Shown here piece after piece: positions 42,273 through 42,419 of a stretch of DNA of 42,419 nt. The position numbers and the translations under genes were made by a program. Each line of letters opens with the position of its first letter. Position 1 is the stretch's first letter. The stretch is from the IMG/VR virus record IMGVR_UViG_3300048855_000213, positions 1 through 42,419 of that record; one strand, 5' to 3'. The notes under the pieces are model-generated. The model made no database searches and had not been told where the DNA came from. It saw nothing but the letters and a program-made list of their open reading frames with translations. Source of the stretch: a virus (taxonomy: Duplodnaviria; Caudoviricetes).

Positions 42273-42419
42273 ATGTCGTCGGAACCGCGGGTCAGCGGCA
42301 ATGTTTCTGCGCGGACCTTTGAGGTCGAGGGGCCGTTGCTGTTGCAGGTGCGGCGTTTCGGCGACCATCGAGGCTTCTTCATGGAGACTTACAGCCAGCG
42401 GGATTTCGAGGCGGTGGGC
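42273..42419 (+). CDS. rfbC: dTDP-4-dehydrorhamnose 3,5-epimerase, 5' part (host gene, truncated by the window)
   Basis: EGPLLLQVRRFGDHRGFFMETY. Confidence 0.85.
   Translation, partial: MSSEPRVSGNVSARTFEVEGPLLLQVRRFGDHRGFFMETYSQRDFEAVG

Noticed and set aside
1-42419. CRISPR array, tRNA/rRNA, reverse transcriptase/DGR, tail-fibre invertase or a known anti-phage defence system
   Set aside because: No spaced repeats, cloverleaf, RT motifs or recombinase were seen; the repeated spike N-termini are diverged paralogous domains, not TR/VR pairs or inversion sites.

Overview
Almost the whole window (about 1-41,460) is a high-GC temperate prophage with P22-like podovirus structural genes and a lambda-style immunity region. 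The host is probably an alphaproteobacterium (inference). The minus strand carries cro, an HNH-AP2 gene, a CII-like HTH, RusA, a DUF1376-type replication initiator, a run of small nin-like genes and a putative late regulator followed by a pR'-like promoter and terminator. It continues with TerS, TerL, portal, scaffold, major capsid, head-tail and tail genes, three ejection proteins, three further large proteins resembling polysaccharide-active enzymes, and a lysis-type membrane cluster. The plus strand carries a short CI, early genes, a PAPS-reductase-like protein, a YqaJ exonuclease with a putative annealing protein, and a C5 cytosine methyltransferase. No integrase or endolysin is visible. 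The right end is a decayed IS6 followed by the start of host rfbC/rmlC. Five observations stand out. (1) A ~60-aa module forms the core of the small gene after the major capsid and is also fused, ungapped, to the N-termini of an SGNH esterase and a beta-helix protein 11-13 kb away, a candidate virion display/anchor tag. (2) Four copies of a covarying stem-loop/H-type pseudoknot motif (loop GCCGCCG, tail CGGGCG) lie in pairs ahead of the scaffold and capsid genes. (3) The head-tail connector is a five-fold nested self-insertion (A5-B5). (4) The methyltransferase appears to be EcoHK31I-type, with motif IX encoded in an overlapping frame. (5) An Asp/Asn-hydroxylase plus cupin pair sits inside the virion module. 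All family calls come from motif recognition by eye; no searches were run.
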